A DNA stretch of 64,000 nucleotides from positions 124,001 to 188,000 of the forward strand of contig CDROCS010000171.1 in NCBI GenBank assembly GCA_977020255.1, in the 5' to 3' direction. Source of the DNA: Obrimoposthia wandeli (Eukaryota). The position numbers were made by a program, and so were the translations under genes. This document shows, piece by piece, positions 63,654 through 64,000 of this stretch (its first letter is position 1; each line of letters begins with the position of its first letter). The notes under the pieces were generated by a model. The model had not been told where the DNA came from. It worked only from the letters and a program-made list of their open reading frames with translations, and searched no databases.

Positions 63654-64000
63654 GAGTTGTAGAATATTGGTAGTCGACGATATTTCTTTTAATAATAACT
63701 TTGAGTTGTAGAATACTTGTAGTCGGCGATATTTCTTTTAATAATAACTTTGAGTTGTAGAATATTTGTAGTCGGCGATATTTCTTTTAATAATAACTTT
63801 GAGTTGTAGAATATTTGTAGTCGGCGATATTTCTTTTAATAATAACTTTGAGTTGTAGAATATTTGTAGTCGACGATATTTCTTTTAATGATAACTTTGA
63901 GTTGTAGAATATTTGTAGTCGGCGATATTTCTTTTAATAATAACTTTGAGTTGTAGAATATTTGTAGTCGACGATATTTCTTTTAATGATAACTTTGAAT
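63654..64000. repeat. 49-bp tandem repeat, at least 7 copies
   Basis: Unit GAGTTGTAGAATATTTGTAGTCGGCGATATTTCTTTTAATAATAACTTT at a 49-bp period. Confidence 0.95.

Larger units (their letters stand above)
62573..64000 (-). mobile_element. LTR (related to 4465-6851) inserted into Polinton copy 2, runs off window
   Basis: Polinton homology stops at ...TTTAAAATAG (62572; equivalent to 1610). The insert starts TGTTGGGG and matches the reverse complement of 6851-about 6500. Confidence 0.85.

Overview
AT-rich eukaryotic scaffold with one 133-N gap. The host is inferred to be a triclad flatworm from a decayed 18S fragment. No convincing host protein-coding gene was found. Two same-orientation copies of a Polinton/Maverick (adintovirus-like) element dominate the window: the right end of copy 1 (1-2310, ending ...CTACT) and most of copy 2 (48133-62572, starting AGTAG...). 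Copy 2 carries a packaging ATPase, rve integrase plus chromodomain, penton, core-protein-like ORFs, a hexon stub and a protein-primed PolB. It is decayed (stops, frameshifts) and has an internal deletion joining the hexon 5' end to the PolB 3' part; no adenain ORF is seen. Its unusual content is reconstructed by hand, not tested: (i) several genes with short GT-AG introns; (ii) a pPolB spliced in frame to an N-terminal RING-like Zn finger, four W/acidic repeats and an S/T/A linker ending in an adenain-type LGGG site; (iii) a multi-exon SIM-like/AT-hook protein with duplicated exons; (iv) a TBP homolog; (v) a tandem pair of OB-fold/SSB-like paralogs; (vi) nuclear-receptor half-sites and an inverted E2F-site pair near the right terminus. 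Between the copies is a TE graveyard: a 2.4-kb solo LTR filled with tandem arrays, a 1.57-kb mini LTR element with an in-frame gag-integrase fusion, hAT, Tc1/mariner and other remnants, and 18S/28S pseudogene fragments. A related array-rich LTR is inserted into Polinton copy 2 at 62573.
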